DNA of 32,000 nucleotides, taken from NCBI RefSeq assembly GCF_001457615.1, contig NZ_LN831024.1:660001-692000 (forward strand), in the 5' to 3' direction. Positions 1 through 9,648 of this stretch are shown here, one piece after another. The stretch's first letter is position 1; each line of letters opens with the position of its first letter. Both the position numbers and the translations under genes were made by a program. A model generated the notes under the pieces. It was not told the DNA's origin and ran no database searches. It saw only the letters and a list, made by a program, of their open reading frames with translations. This DNA is from Pseudomonas aeruginosa. GTDB taxonomy: Bacteria > Pseudomonadota > Gammaproteobacteria > Pseudomonadales > Pseudomonadaceae.

Positions 1-823
1 CAGCTTCACCCGCGAGGACTATGAAAACGCGGTAGGAAGGATCAAGGACTACATCCTGGCCGGCGACTGCATGCAGGTGGTGCCGTCGCAGCGCATGTCC
101 ATCGAATTCAAGGCGGCGCCCATCGACCTGTACCGCGCGCTGCGCTGTTTCAATCCGACGCCCTACATGTACTTCTTCAACTTCGGCGACTTCCATGTCG
201 TGGGCAGCTCGCCGGAGGTGCTGGTACGGGTCGAGGATGGCCTGGTGACGGTGCGCCCGATCGCCGGTACCCGTCCGCGCGGGATCAACGAAGAGGCCGA
301 CCTGGCACTGGAGCAGGATCTGCTGTCGGACGCCAAGGAGATCGCCGAGCACCTGATGCTGATCGACCTGGGGCGCAACGACGTGGGGCGGGTGTCCGAT
401 ATCGGCGCGGTGAAGGTCACCGAAAAAATGGTGATCGAACGTTACTCCAACGTCATGCACATCGTGTCCAACGTCACCGGGCAATTGCGCGAGGGGCTCA
501 GCGCGATGGACGCGCTGCGGGCGATTCTGCCGGCGGGCACTCTATCCGGCGCGCCGAAGATCCGCGCCATGGAGATCATCGACGAGCTGGAGCCGGTCAA
601 GCGTGGAGTCTACGGCGGCGCGGTCGGCTACCTGGCATGGAACGGCAACATGGACACCGCCATTGCCATCCGCACCGCGGTGATCAAGAACGGTGAACTC
701 CACGTGCAGGCCGGCGGCGGTATCGTTGCCGACTCGGTGCCCGCGCTGGAGTGGGAAGAAACCATCAACAAGCGCCGGGCGATGTTCCGCGCCGTGGCGC
801 TGGCCGAGCAGAGCGTCGAATAA
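1..823 (+). CDS. trpE: Anthranilate synthase component I, C-terminal part (truncated by window edge)
   Basis: Frame open from base 2 through the 71..823 ORF; chorismate-binding motifs '[12 protein letters not shown]', '[22 protein letters not shown]', '[20 protein letters not shown]', '[11 protein letters not shown]'. Confidence 0.97.
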   Translation, partial: SFTREDYENAVGRIKDYILAGDCMQVVPSQRMSIEFKAAPIDLYRALRCFNPTPYMYFFNFGDFHVVGSSPEVLVRVEDGLVTVRPIAGTRPRGINEEADLALEQDLLSDAKEIAEHLMLIDLGRNDVGRVSDIGAVKVTEKMVIERYSNVMHIVSNVTGQLREGLSAMDALRAILPAGTLSGAPKIRAMEIIDELEPVKRGVYGGAVGYLAWNGNMDTAIAIRTAVIKNGELHVQAGGGIVADSVPALEWEETINKRRAMFRAVALAEQSVE

Positions 824-842
824 GACGGCGCGAGGCGGAAGA

Positions 843-880
843 AAAGAAGGCGGATGGCGTTTGCGTCATCCGCCTTTTTT
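843..880 (+). terminator. Intrinsic terminator downstream of trpE
   Basis: AAGGCGGATG ... CATCCGCCTTTTTT hairpin followed by T-run. Confidence 0.85.
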
Positions 881-1008
881 GTGCCCGGCTGGACCCACGC
901 ATTGGCTTCGCCCTACGCGGCACCGCTTTCGTAGGGCGAATATCGCGGTGCGATATCCGCCGGGCGGAGCATGGTGTCGCTCCCGCGATGTAGGCGACGG
1001 CGGGCCGC

Positions 1009-1323
1009 TCAGGGGGCGATGCTGTCCGCGCCTGGCGGTGCTCGACGGGCGCCTCCGGCTTGGTTCGCGCGCTGGTCGACGTAGGCGGCGAGGTGATCGA
1101 GGGCCACGAACTGCATGGCCTTGTGGCTATCGTCGAGGGTCGTCACCGGCAGGGCGATCCGCCCGCATGCCAGGGCCTTGCTGAAGTTTTCCTTGTTCAG
1201 GTTGCGAAACCAGCGTTCGCGGACCTGCTCCAGCGGCACCAGGACGTCGCCGAAGATGCGGTAGACCAATTCCACGGTTTCCTGGCGTGGAATCGGAGTG
1301 CTAGGGGCGATGGATGGCTGCAT
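1009..1323 (-). CDS. prtN: Pyocin transcriptional activator PrtN
   Basis: ORF of 104 aa '[47 protein letters not shown]...' plus position next to prtR beside trpE. Confidence 0.9.
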   Translation of the reverse strand: MQPSIAPSTPIPRQETVELVYRIFGDVLVPLEQVRERWFRNLNKENFSKALACGRIALPVTTLDDSHKAMQFVALDHLAAYVDQRANQAGGARRAPPGADSIAP

Positions 1324-1422
1324 GGTATTCCCTCCTGCGGCTACACGTCGTTGAGGGAAATATAGCTCAGGTTGTTTTCTTGTTCAATAGCTGAAGTTGT
1401 AGAGCGGGCGAGCGCCAGGCGC

Positions 1423-2193
1423 TCACCGCACCAGGGACGGGCCGCGCCGGTGGCGTACGGTGGACCACCAGAAGACCCAACCGATCATGCTGATCTGGCG
1501 GCTGCGCATGTCCTCCGGCGAGTACTCCTCGTCCGGATATTCCTCGCGGTTGAAGCTGCGCAGGCGAATGCCGCCGCCGGGCAGGCGATAGACGAACTTC
1601 ACCCGCAGCATGCCGTCATGTTCGAGGGCGTAGATCTCGCCATCGGTGATATGGGTGGTGGCGGTGTCCACGCCGATGGTGGAGCCATCCATGATCAGCG
1701 GTTCCATGCTGTTGCCGGTGAGTTGGGCGCAGATCGCCGCCGACGGATCGACGCCCGAGGCTCGCAGCGTGGCATAGGAAAAACGCAGCTTGCGCCCCTC
1801 TATCTCGCGTACCGCAGTGCGTCCGGCGCCGGCGGACATCTCCACTTCCTTGTACAGCGGCAGTTCCACTTCGTCTTCGTCCAGCGGTGTGTCGCTGTCC
1901 CACGGATGCAGCGGTTCCAGCACCAATGGGCTGCCATCGGCCACGGACACGGCACTGCGCGCGGCTGGAGCGCCTTCGCCGGTCTGCAGCCAGACCGGCG
2001 AGACGCCCAGGGCCGCCGCGATCTCGATCAGCTTGCGGGTGCTCTGGGCCTTGCCCGAGGTCAGCTTGTGAATGGTGTTCTGCGAAACCCCTGCCGCTTC
2101 GGCGAGGGTTTCCTGCTTCAGGTTGCGCATCGCCATGGCCTGCTTGAGGCGAGCGGCGAAGCTGTCGGGCGGGATCTGGGTGCTCTTGTCCAT
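1423..2193 (-). CDS. prtR: Pyocin repressor PrtR, HTH + S24/LexA-like autocleavable domain
   Basis: XRE-type HTH 'LAEAAGVSQNTIHKLTSGKAQ', Ala-Gly candidate cleavage site in 'EMSAGAGRTA', catalytic Ser region 'LTGNSMEPLI' and Lys region 'MLRVKFVYRL'. Start chosen at ATG (MDKSTQ) rather than the upstream TTG at 2202. Confidence 0.93.
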   Translation of the reverse strand: MDKSTQIPPDSFAARLKQAMAMRNLKQETLAEAAGVSQNTIHKLTSGKAQSTRKLIEIAAALGVSPVWLQTGEGAPAARSAVSVADGSPLVLEPLHPWDSDTPLDEDEVELPLYKEVEMSAGAGRTAVREIEGRKLRFSYATLRASGVDPSAAICAQLTGNSMEPLIMDGSTIGVDTATTHITDGEIYALEHDGMLRVKFVYRLPGGGIRLRSFNREEYPDEEYSPEDMRSRQISMIGWVFWWSTVRHRRGPSLVR

Positions 2194-2200
2194 GCTCGGC

Positions 2201-2229
2201 AATCTACAGATCGATGGATTTTCTGTAAA
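2201..2229 (-). promoter_or_regulatory. Candidate sigma70 promoter for prtR
   Basis: On the minus strand TTTACA - 17 nt - TAGATT immediately upstream of the prtR ATG. Confidence 0.6.
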
Positions 2230-2240
2230 GAGCCTAGGTG

Positions 2241-2269
2241 TTGACGATAAATAGCTTTGGTTGTAATTT
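2241..2269 (+). promoter_or_regulatory. Candidate sigma70 promoter reading toward ptrB and the pyocin genes
   Basis: TTGACG - 17 nt - TAATTT, divergent from the prtR promoter. Confidence 0.6.
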
Positions 2270-2650
2270 CTCTTCCGTCAGAAAGCGGAAGGGGTGGGTT
2301 CCACAACTTCCCACCCGCCTTTCAGAGATTTCACATGGGTGCAGGGACGCACCCGGTTGTCGGCGACCGACGATGCAGGTGCCGACTGCTTGGGTGCCGG
2401 GGCCATGGGAAAGCGCTCCGGCACCTGGAGGGCCGGAGCGCCGTCCATGCAGACGCTCCGTCCCGCTCATTCATTCTGTCGCCGACCTGCTTCAGGTACG
2501 GCGGCGTCGTACAGGGAGTCATTGCCATGTCGCGAGATACGCACTCGCCATTTCCGCGCAGAGGAACGCAGGTCGCCGAACCGGCGCCGCGCATCTGTCA
2601 TGTTCCATCCATTCGGCCGTCGGGCGTCGGGCACGCCAGGGAGGCTTTCC

Positions 2651-2851
2651 ATGGCTGACCTTGCCGATCACGCCAACGAACTGGTCCTGGCTCGCCTCGA
2701 CGGCCTCCTGGCGGCGCGCCCGGCGCTGGCCATCCGCGAGTCCGCGGAAGACTGCGAGGACTGCGGCGAGCCCATTCCCCAGGCGCGCCGCCGGGCGGCA
2801 CCGGGCTGCAGTCGCTGCATCGACTGCCAGGACCGCCACGAGCGCCGTTGA
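2651..2851 (+). CDS. ptrB: Small DksA/TraR-type zinc-finger protein (PtrB-like)
   Basis: 66 aa 'MADLADHANELVLARLDGLLAARPALAIRESAEDCEDCGEPIPQARRRAAPGCSRCIDCQDRHERR'; CxxC...CxxC finger; position next to prtR matches ptrB. Confidence 0.88.
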   Translation: MADLADHANELVLARLDGLLAARPALAIRESAEDCEDCGEPIPQARRRAAPGCSRCIDCQDRHERR

Positions 2852-2898
2852 ACCGACCTCATGCCGAGCCCTCGCGGGCAGTGAAAGGAGACACGACC

Positions 2899-3258
2899 GT
2901 GATCAAAGCCATCGATGAAATGCTCAAGCTCTGGGCCGAGGAAATGCACGCGCCAGGCAGCAACGGAGGCGGCTACGCCGGCGGCAACCTGATCGCCATG
3001 CTGATCGCCAGCAAGGGCGAGGTGGTCCGCGGCCACCGTGGCAGCCGGGTGATCCTCGACCGTGTGGCGGAGGTCGATCGCCTGGTAAATCGCCTACCCG
3101 AGGAACTGAAGAACGTGGTGGTGGAGCACTATCTCAATCGCGACAGCTTCCCCGAGCAGAAGTACCGCCACTGCGGTTGCAGCCGCAACACCTTCTATCT
3201 GCGCCTGCATGTGGCGCACCAGGGTATCCAGGACGGCCTGCTGCGGCGGGTGGCCTGA
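2899..3258 (+). CDS. Phage-type regulator, antitermination-protein-like
   Basis: GTG start with upstream AAAGGAG; 119 aa 'MIKAIDEMLKLWAEEMHAP...VDRLVNRLPEELKNVVVEHYLNRDSFPEQKYRHCGCSRNTFYLRLHVAHQGIQDGLLRR', with a sigma-region-4-like HTH layout seen in phage Q/RinA-type late regulators. Confidence 0.65.
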   Translation: MIKAIDEMLKLWAEEMHAPGSNGGGYAGGNLIAMLIASKGEVVRGHRGSRVILDRVAEVDRLVNRLPEELKNVVVEHYLNRDSFPEQKYRHCGCSRNTFYLRLHVAHQGIQDGLLRRVA

Positions 3259-3297
3259 GTTCCTGGACCGGATACCGTGTCCCCCCTGGAATTTTCC

Positions 3298-3323
3298 AAC
3301 CGGCCTTCGAGCCGGTTTTTTTA
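3298..3323 (+). terminator. Intrinsic terminator after the antiterminator-like gene
   Basis: AACCGGC-CTTCGA-GCCGGTTTTTTT. Confidence 0.88.
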
Positions 3324-3527
3324 TGCCTGTCGCCCATGGAGGCGGCGAGCCCCATGCACAGCAGCGGACCCTGCACGCTAGAGGCGGGTTCGGGCTGGCG
3401 GAGCCGTCCTTTTCGTCAGTCGATGCCGGGCTTTTCCATATCGGAAGTGGGTACGCGCTTGCCCGGATGCCTGGCGAAGGTTCCCAGGGCGGTATATCAC
3501 CCTCATATCGTGGTGCGTCTCCCTCCT

Positions 3528-3560
3528 ATTGCAGTGGATTGTCGAGAAGGCATTGCCGGG
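3528..3560 (+). promoter_or_regulatory. Candidate PrtN-responsive P-box
   Basis: Repeated ATTG elements: ATTGCAGTGG ATTGTCGAGAAGGC ATTGCCGG, upstream of the holin/structural operon, resembling the ATTGnn(n)GTnn(n) repeats described for pyocin P-boxes. Confidence 0.5.
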
Positions 3561-3633
3561 CTGGGAATCGGGCGGTAAAAAGTAGTCATTCTTGTAAAGG
3601 TGCGTCCCCAGGGAGGCACTCGTGAAGCACCGG

Positions 3634-3659
3634 AACCCGGCCCTGGCGCCGGGTTTTTT
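3634..3659 (+). terminator. Intrinsic terminator between the P-box region and the holin gene
   Basis: AACCCGGC-CCTG-GCGCCGGGTTTTTT; stem CCCGGC/GCCGGG with T-run. Confidence 0.8.
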
Positions 3660-3717
3660 ATTGCCCGGGAAAACGTTCGTGCGGACGTGCCCGGCGCTGC
3701 CTGCCAAGGAGGGACCC

Positions 3718-4071
3718 ATGGGCAACGAACCGCAGACACTGACGGAAATGCCGCTCTGGGTACTGATCCTGCTCGCCGCGCTGGGCGGCGTCAGCGGCGA
3801 GATGTGGCGTGCCGACAAGGCCGGTCTCGGCGGCTGGGCCTTGTTGCGGCGCCTGGCGCTGCGCTCCGGCGCGTCGATTGTCTGCGGCGTGGCGGTGATG
3901 CTGCTGGCATTGGCTTGCGGCGCCGCGCTGCTGTTCGCCGCGGCGCTGGGCAGCCTGACCGCCGCGGCCGGCGCGGAGATCGCAGTCGGTCTCTACGAAC
4001 GCTGGGCCGCCCGGCGCCTGGGGGTTTGCGAGCTGCCCGAGGAACAGTCGGACGACCGTGGCCCGCATTGA
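3718..4071 (+). CDS. Holin-like small membrane protein of the R-pyocin cluster
   Basis: ATG preceded by AAGGAGGG; 117 aa 'MGNEPQTLTEMPLWVLILLAALGGVSGEMWRADKAG...' with hydrophobic helices. The track start at 3622 reads through a terminator and is rejected. Confidence 0.8.
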   Translation: MGNEPQTLTEMPLWVLILLAALGGVSGEMWRADKAGLGGWALLRRLALRSGASIVCGVAVMLLALACGAALLFAAALGSLTAAAGAEIAVGLYERWAARRLGVCELPEEQSDDRGPH

Positions 4072-4092
4072 AACTGATCGAAGGAGTCAACC

Positions 4093-5162
<1,070 letters not shown>

Positions 5163-5207
5163 ACATACGACGGGGCTGCCGAAGGGCGGTCCGTCGAACA
5201 TTCAACC

Positions 5208-5233
5208 GGCCCGCGCGAGCGGGCCTTTTCGTT
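5208..5233 (+). terminator. Intrinsic terminator-like hairpin inside the tail operon
   Basis: GGCCCGC-GCGA-GCGGGCC followed by TTTTCGTTT. Confidence 0.7.
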
Positions 5234-5314
5234 TGCGGAGTTCGCCATGGGCAACACTCACAGCCATTCGGAGCCAGGCGCGGCCTGTCTCTGCCGGAGC
5301 GGGAGGGCAGGGCG

Positions 5315-5641
5315 ATGATCGGGATGGATCGCCGTAGCGGGCTACCCCTGTCCGGCCTGGCTCATCTTAAACAGTCCGTCGAGGACATCCTGACCACCCC
5401 GTTGGGCAGCAGGCGCATGCGCCCCGAGTACGGCAGCAAGCTGCGGCGGATGGTCGACATGCCGGTGAGCGAAGGCTGGAAAAGCGCCGTGCAGGCCGAG
5501 GTAGCCCGTTCCCTGGGGCGCTGGGAACCGCGCATCGGATTGTCTGCCGTGCGAGTCGTCGCGGTCGTCGATGGCCGCGTGGATCTGCTCCTGAGCGGCG
5601 TGTTCGAGGGCGAGAACATCAATATGGAGGTCTCGGCGTGA
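5315..5641 (+). CDS. Baseplate wedge protein, P2 gpW / T4 gp25-like
   Basis: 'GLPLSGLAHLKQSVEDILTTPLGSRRMRPEYGSKLRRMVDMPVSEGW' signature; 108 aa from the ATG. Confidence 0.92.
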   Translation: MIGMDRRSGLPLSGLAHLKQSVEDILTTPLGSRRMRPEYGSKLRRMVDMPVSEGWKSAVQAEVARSLGRWEPRIGLSAVRVVAVVDGRVDLLLSGVFEGENINMEVSA

Positions 5642-6525
5642 TCATCGATCTTTCCCAGTTGCCGGAGCCAGAGGTTATCGAAAACCTCGATTTCGAGACG
5701 ATTTACCAAGAGCTGTTGGGCGACTTCCGCGAAGCCATGGCTGGCGAATGGACAGCGGAGGTGGAGTCCGATCCGGTTCTCAAGCTTCTGCAACTGGCGG
5801 CCTATCGAGAACTGCTGCTGCGGGCGCGGATCAACGATGCGGCGCGGGCGGTGATGCTGGCATACGCCAGCGGTGCCGATCTCGACCAGATCGGTGCCGG
5901 CTTCAATGTGCAGCGTTTGCTGATCAGGCCCGCTCAGCCCGAGGCGGTACCGCCGGTGGAGGCGCAATACGAGAGCGACAAGTCGCTGCGCAATCGCATC
6001 CAGCTCGCGTTCGAGCAGCTGTCCGTCGCAGGACCGCGGAACGCCTATATAGCCCATGCGCTGGGCGCGGATGGAAGGGTGGCGGATGCCTCTGCGACCA
6101 GTCCGGCGCCCTGCGAAGTGCTGATCAGCGTGCTCGGGGTGGAAGGCAACGGGCAGGCACCGGAAGCGGTGTTGCAGGCAGTGCGCCTGGCGCTGAACGC
6201 GGAGGACGTGCGTCCTGTCGCGGATCGGGTAACGGTGCGCTCGGCAGGCATCGTTCCCTATCAGGTCAAGGCGCAGCTCTACCTGTTTCCCGGTCCCGAG
6301 GCCGAGCTGATCCGTGCCGCCGCCGAGGCTTCGCTGCGCGACTACATTTCCGCCCAGCGCCGCCTGGGCCGCGACATCCGGCGTTCGGCCCTGTTCGCCA
6401 CCCTGCATGTCGAAGGCGTGCAGCGCGTCGAACTGCAGGAGCCTGCGGCCGACGTGGTCCTGGATGAAACCCAGGCGGCCTATTGCACGGGGTACGCGAT
6501 CACCTTGGGAGGCGTCGATGAGTAG
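5638..6525 (+). CDS. Baseplate J-like protein
   Basis: 295 aa, GTG start overlapping gpW stop; 'ASGADLDQIGAGFNVQRLLI' and J-like overall pattern. Confidence 0.93.
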   Translation: MIIDLSQLPEPEVIENLDFETIYQELLGDFREAMAGEWTAEVESDPVLKLLQLAAYRELLLRARINDAARAVMLAYASGADLDQIGAGFNVQRLLIRPAQPEAVPPVEAQYESDKSLRNRIQLAFEQLSVAGPRNAYIAHALGADGRVADASATSPAPCEVLISVLGVEGNGQAPEAVLQAVRLALNAEDVRPVADRVTVRSAGIVPYQVKAQLYLFPGPEAELIRAAAEASLRDYISAQRRLGRDIRRSALFATLHVEGVQRVELQEPAADVVLDETQAAYCTGYAITLGGVDE

Positions 6526-7051
6526 CCGACTGCTGCCGCCAAACAGGAGTTCTCTGGAACGCTCTCTGGGTGATGTATTGCCTGCCGAACTGCCGGTGCC
6601 GCTTCGTGAGCTTCACGATCCGGCACGCTGTGAGGCGGCCTTGTTGCCCTACCTGGCCTGGACGCGCTCGGTGGACCGCTGGGACCCGGACTGGAGCGAC
6701 GAGGCCAAGCGCAATGCGGTAGCGACGTCCTTCGTCCTGCACCAGCGCAAAGGCACGCTGACCGCGTTGCGCCAAGTGGTCGAGCCGATCGGTGCGCTGA
6801 GCGAGGTCACCGAATGGTGGCAGCGAAGCCCGCTTGGCGTGCCGGGGACCTTCGAGATCACCGTGGACGTCAGCGACCGTGGCATCGACGAAGGCACCGT
6901 ACTGGAGCTGGAGCGCTTGCTCGATGACGTCCGCCCGGTGAGCAGACACCTGACCCGGCTGGACCTGCGCATTACCCCGGTAATCCGGTCCCGTCACGGA
7001 CTGGCCGTGACCGACGGCGACACCCTGGAAATCTTCCCCTGGAAACAGTGA
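6518..7051 (+). CDS. Tail protein, P2 gpI-like
   Basis: In-frame ATG at 6518 (177 aa) 'MSSRLLPPNRSSLERSLGDVLPAELPVPLRELHDPARCEAALLPYLAWTRSVDRWDPDW...'. Confidence 0.9.
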   Translation: MSSRLLPPNRSSLERSLGDVLPAELPVPLRELHDPARCEAALLPYLAWTRSVDRWDPDWSDEAKRNAVATSFVLHQRKGTLTALRQVVEPIGALSEVTEWWQRSPLGVPGTFEITVDVSDRGIDEGTVLELERLLDDVRPVSRHLTRLDLRITPVIRSRHGLAVTDGDTLEIFPWKQ

Positions 7052-7052
7052 C

Positions 7053-9158
7053 ATGACGACCAATACTCCGAAATACGGTGGCCTGCTCACCGACATAGGT
7101 GCCGCTGCGCTGGCTGCGGCCAGTGCAGCAGGCAAGAAATGGCAGCCGACTCATATGCTGATCGGCGATGCCGGCGGTGCGCCGGGCGACACGCCGGATC
7201 CATTGCCTTCTGCGGCGCAGAAGAGCCTGATCAACCAACGCCATCGGGCTCAGCTGAATCGGCTGTTCGTTTCCGACAAGAACGCCAATACCTTGGTTGC
7301 CGAGGTGGTGCTGCCAGTTGAGGTAGGTGGCTTCTGGATCCGCGAGATCGGCCTGCAGGATGCCGACGGCAAGTTCGTCGCGGTATCCAACTGCCCGCCC
7401 AGCTACAAGGCTGCAATGGAAAGTGGCAGTGCGCGGACCCAGACCATTCGGGTGAACATCGCGCTCTCCGGCCTGGAGAATGTCCAGCTGCTGATCGACA
7501 ACGGCATCATCTACGCCACTCAGGACTGGGTGAAGGAAAAGGTCGCTGCCGATTTCAAGGGCCGCAAGATTCTGGCTGGCAATGGCTTGGTCGGTGGGGG
7601 CGATCTTTCTGCCGACCGCAGCATTGGTCTGGCGCCTTCCGGCGTGACGGCGGGCAGCTATCGTTCGGTCACGGTGAACGCCAACGGGGTGGTCACCCAG
7701 GGCAGCAATCCGACCACCCTGGCCGGCTATGCGATCGGAGATGCCTATACCAAGGCCGATACCGATGGAAAACTGGCGCAGAAAGCGAACAAGGCCACCA
7801 CCCTGGCCGGCTATGGCATTACCGATGCGCTGCGAGTCGATGGCAACGCCGTGTCATCCAGCAGGCTGGCCGCACCGCGTAGCCTGGCAGCCAGTGGCGA
7901 TGCCTCCTGGTCGGTGACCTTCGACGGCAGTGCCAATGTTTCTGCGCCGCTGAGTCTTTCCGCTACCGGTGTGGCGGCGGGCAGCTATCCGAAGGTGACC
8001 GTGGATACGAAGGGAAGGGTGACTGCTGGAATGGCGCTGGCGGCGACGGACATTCCCGGGCTGGATGCTTCGAAGCTGGTCAGCGGGGTGCTGGCCGAGC
8101 AGCGTTTGCCGGTATTCGCGCGCGGGTTGGCTACTGCTGTCTCGAACAGTAGCGATCCGAACACCGCGACCGTGCCGTTGATGCTGACCAATCATGCGAA
8201 CGGACCTGTTGCCGGACGATACTTCTACATCCAGTCGATGTTCTATCCGGATCAGAACGGCAATGCTTCGCAGATTGCAACGAGCTACAACGCTACATCC
8301 GAGATGTATGTACGGGTGTCCTACGCGGCCAACCCTAGCATCCGGGAGTGGTTGCCCTGGCAGCGTTGCGACATTGGAGGTTCCTTCACGAAGACGACTG
8401 ACGGATCCATTGGAAATGGCGTCAATATAAACAGCTTCGTCAATTCCGGATGGTGGTTGCAATCGACATCGGAATGGGCGGCGGGTGGAGCTAACTATCC
8501 CGTGGGGCTGGCCGGTTTGCTGATTGTCTACCGCGCACATGCAGACCATATCTATCAGACCTACGTAACACTCAACGGAAGCACATATTCGCGCTGCTGC
8601 TATGCGGGCTCTTGGCGTCCGTGGCGGCAGAACTGGGACGATGGAAACTTCGATCCGGCCAGCTACCTGCCAAAGGCGGGATTTACCTGGGCGGCTTTGC
8701 CGGGTAAGCCGGCAACTTTCCCGCCCTCAGGGCATAACCACGATACCAGCCAGATCACCTCCGGCATCTTGCCTCTCGCTCGTGGTGGCCTTGGCGCCAA
8801 TACAGCGGCCGGAGCACGCAACAACATTGGTGCCGGAGTGCCGGCCACGGCGAGCCGGGCGCTCAATGGTTGGTGGAAGGACAACGATACCGGTCTGATC
8901 GTCCAGTGGATGCAGGTGAACGTAGGAGATCATCCCGGTGGAATAATCGATCGTACCTTGACGTTCCCGATCGCGTTCCCTAGCGCCTGTCTGCATGTCG
9001 TACCGACTGTCAAGGAGGTGGGGCGACCAGCGACGTCCGCGTCGACCGTTACGGTCGCCGATGTCAGCGTCAGCAACACGGGATGTGTGATCGTTTCCTC
9101 CGAGTACTACGGACTGGCTCAAAACTATGGCATCAGAGTGATGGCCATCGGCTATTGA
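7053..9158 (+). CDS. R-pyocin tail fibre (receptor-binding protein), P2 gpH-like
   Basis: 701 aa; N-terminal attachment domain 'YGGLLTDIGAAALAAASAAGKKWQPTHMLIGDAGG'; repeated 'TTLAGYGITDA' and 'GVxAGSYxxVTV' segments; distal 'YLPKAGFTWAALPGKPATFPPSGHNHDTSQITSG' region. Confidence 0.95.
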   Translation: MTTNTPKYGGLLTDIGAAALAAASAAGKKWQPTHMLIGDAGGAPGDTPDPLPSAAQKSLINQRHRAQLNRLFVSDKNANTLVAEVVLPVEVGGFWIREIGLQDADGKFVAVSNCPPSYKAAMESGSARTQTIRVNIALSGLENVQLLIDNGIIYATQDWVKEKVAADFKGRKILAGNGLVGGGDLSADRSIGLAPSGVTAGSYRSVTVNANGVVTQGSNPTTLAGYAIGDAYTKADTDGKLAQKANKATTLAGYGITDALRVDGNAVSSSRLAAPRSLAASGDASWSVTFDGSANVSAPLSLSATGVAAGSYPKVTVDTKGRVTAGMALAATDIPGLDASKLVSGVLAEQRLPVFARGLATAVSNSSDPNTATVPLMLTNHANGPVAGRYFYIQSMFYPDQNGNASQIATSYNATSEMYVRVSYAANPSIREWLPWQRCDIGGSFTKTTDGSIGNGVNINSFVNSGWWLQSTSEWAAGGANYPVGLAGLLIVYRAHADHIYQTYVTLNGSTYSRCCYAGSWRPWRQNWDDGNFDPASYLPKAGFTWAALPGKPATFPPSGHNHDTSQITSGILPLARGGLGANTAAGARNNIGAGVPATASRALNGWWKDNDTGLIVQWMQVNVGDHPGGIIDRTLTFPIAFPSACLHVVPTVKEVGRPATSASTVTVADVSVSNTGCVIVSSEYYGLAQNYGIRVMAIGY

Positions 9159-9165
9159 GGTGAAA

Positions 9166-9606
9166 ATGATTTTTTTCCATGCCGCCACGGGCGGCTTTTA
9201 TTCGAAGGAAATTCATGGGTCCCGCATGCCTCTGGAGGATGAAATGCATCCTCTCGAAGACGCCGAGTACCAGGCTCTTCTTCGTGCGCAGAGCGAAGGG
9301 AAACGAATTGTCACGGACCACACCGGTCGCCCTATCTGCGTCGATCCGCCGGCTCCGGCCAAGGACATTCTGGTCCAACGGGAACGCATCTGGCGCGACC
9401 GGCAGTTACAGCTCACCGACGGGCCTCTCGCTCGGCATCGTGACGAGCAGGACCTGGGAAAAACTACGACTCTGAGCCAGGAGCAGCTTCGTGAGCTAAC
9501 TCTCTATCGCGCCGTTCTTCGCGACTGGCCTATTGCCGCGGAGTTTCCCGACCTGAACGCAAGGCCCGAGCCGCCTGCCTGGCTCCAATCGCTCATCACC
9601 CCCTGA
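9166..9606 (+). CDS. Tail fibre assembly chaperone, gpG-like
   Basis: 'MIFFHAATGGFYSKEIHG...RRDRQLQLTDGPLARHRDE...' immediately downstream of the fibre gene; possible GTG start 6 nt upstream at 9160. Confidence 0.85.
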   Translation: MIFFHAATGGFYSKEIHGSRMPLEDEMHPLEDAEYQALLRAQSEGKRIVTDHTGRPICVDPPAPAKDILVQRERIWRDRQLQLTDGPLARHRDEQDLGKTTTLSQEQLRELTLYRAVLRDWPIAAEFPDLNARPEPPAWLQSLITP

Positions 9607-9629
9607 ACCCCGCCTCGTGCGGGGTTTTT
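9606..9629 (+). terminator. Intrinsic terminator between fibre chaperone and sheath genes
   Basis: AACCCCGC-CTCGT-GCGGGGTTTTTC. Confidence 0.85.
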
Positions 9630-9648
9630 CATTAATGGAGATCTACCT

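Noticed and set aside
3622-3717. Upstream extension of the holin ORF (GTG at 3622)
   Set aside because: Would be translated through an intrinsic terminator; ATG at 3718 has a strong Shine-Dalgarno.
5362-6408. 348-aa antisense ORF opposite gpW/gpJ
   Set aside because: Shadow ORF with Gln/His/Arg-rich composition, no domain.
7680-8060. Repeated 'TTLAGY' and 'GVxAGSYxxVTV' segments as a possible DNA repeat or mobile element
   Set aside because: They are protein-level structural repeats typical of tail fibre shafts, not nucleotide-level repeats or an insertion sequence.
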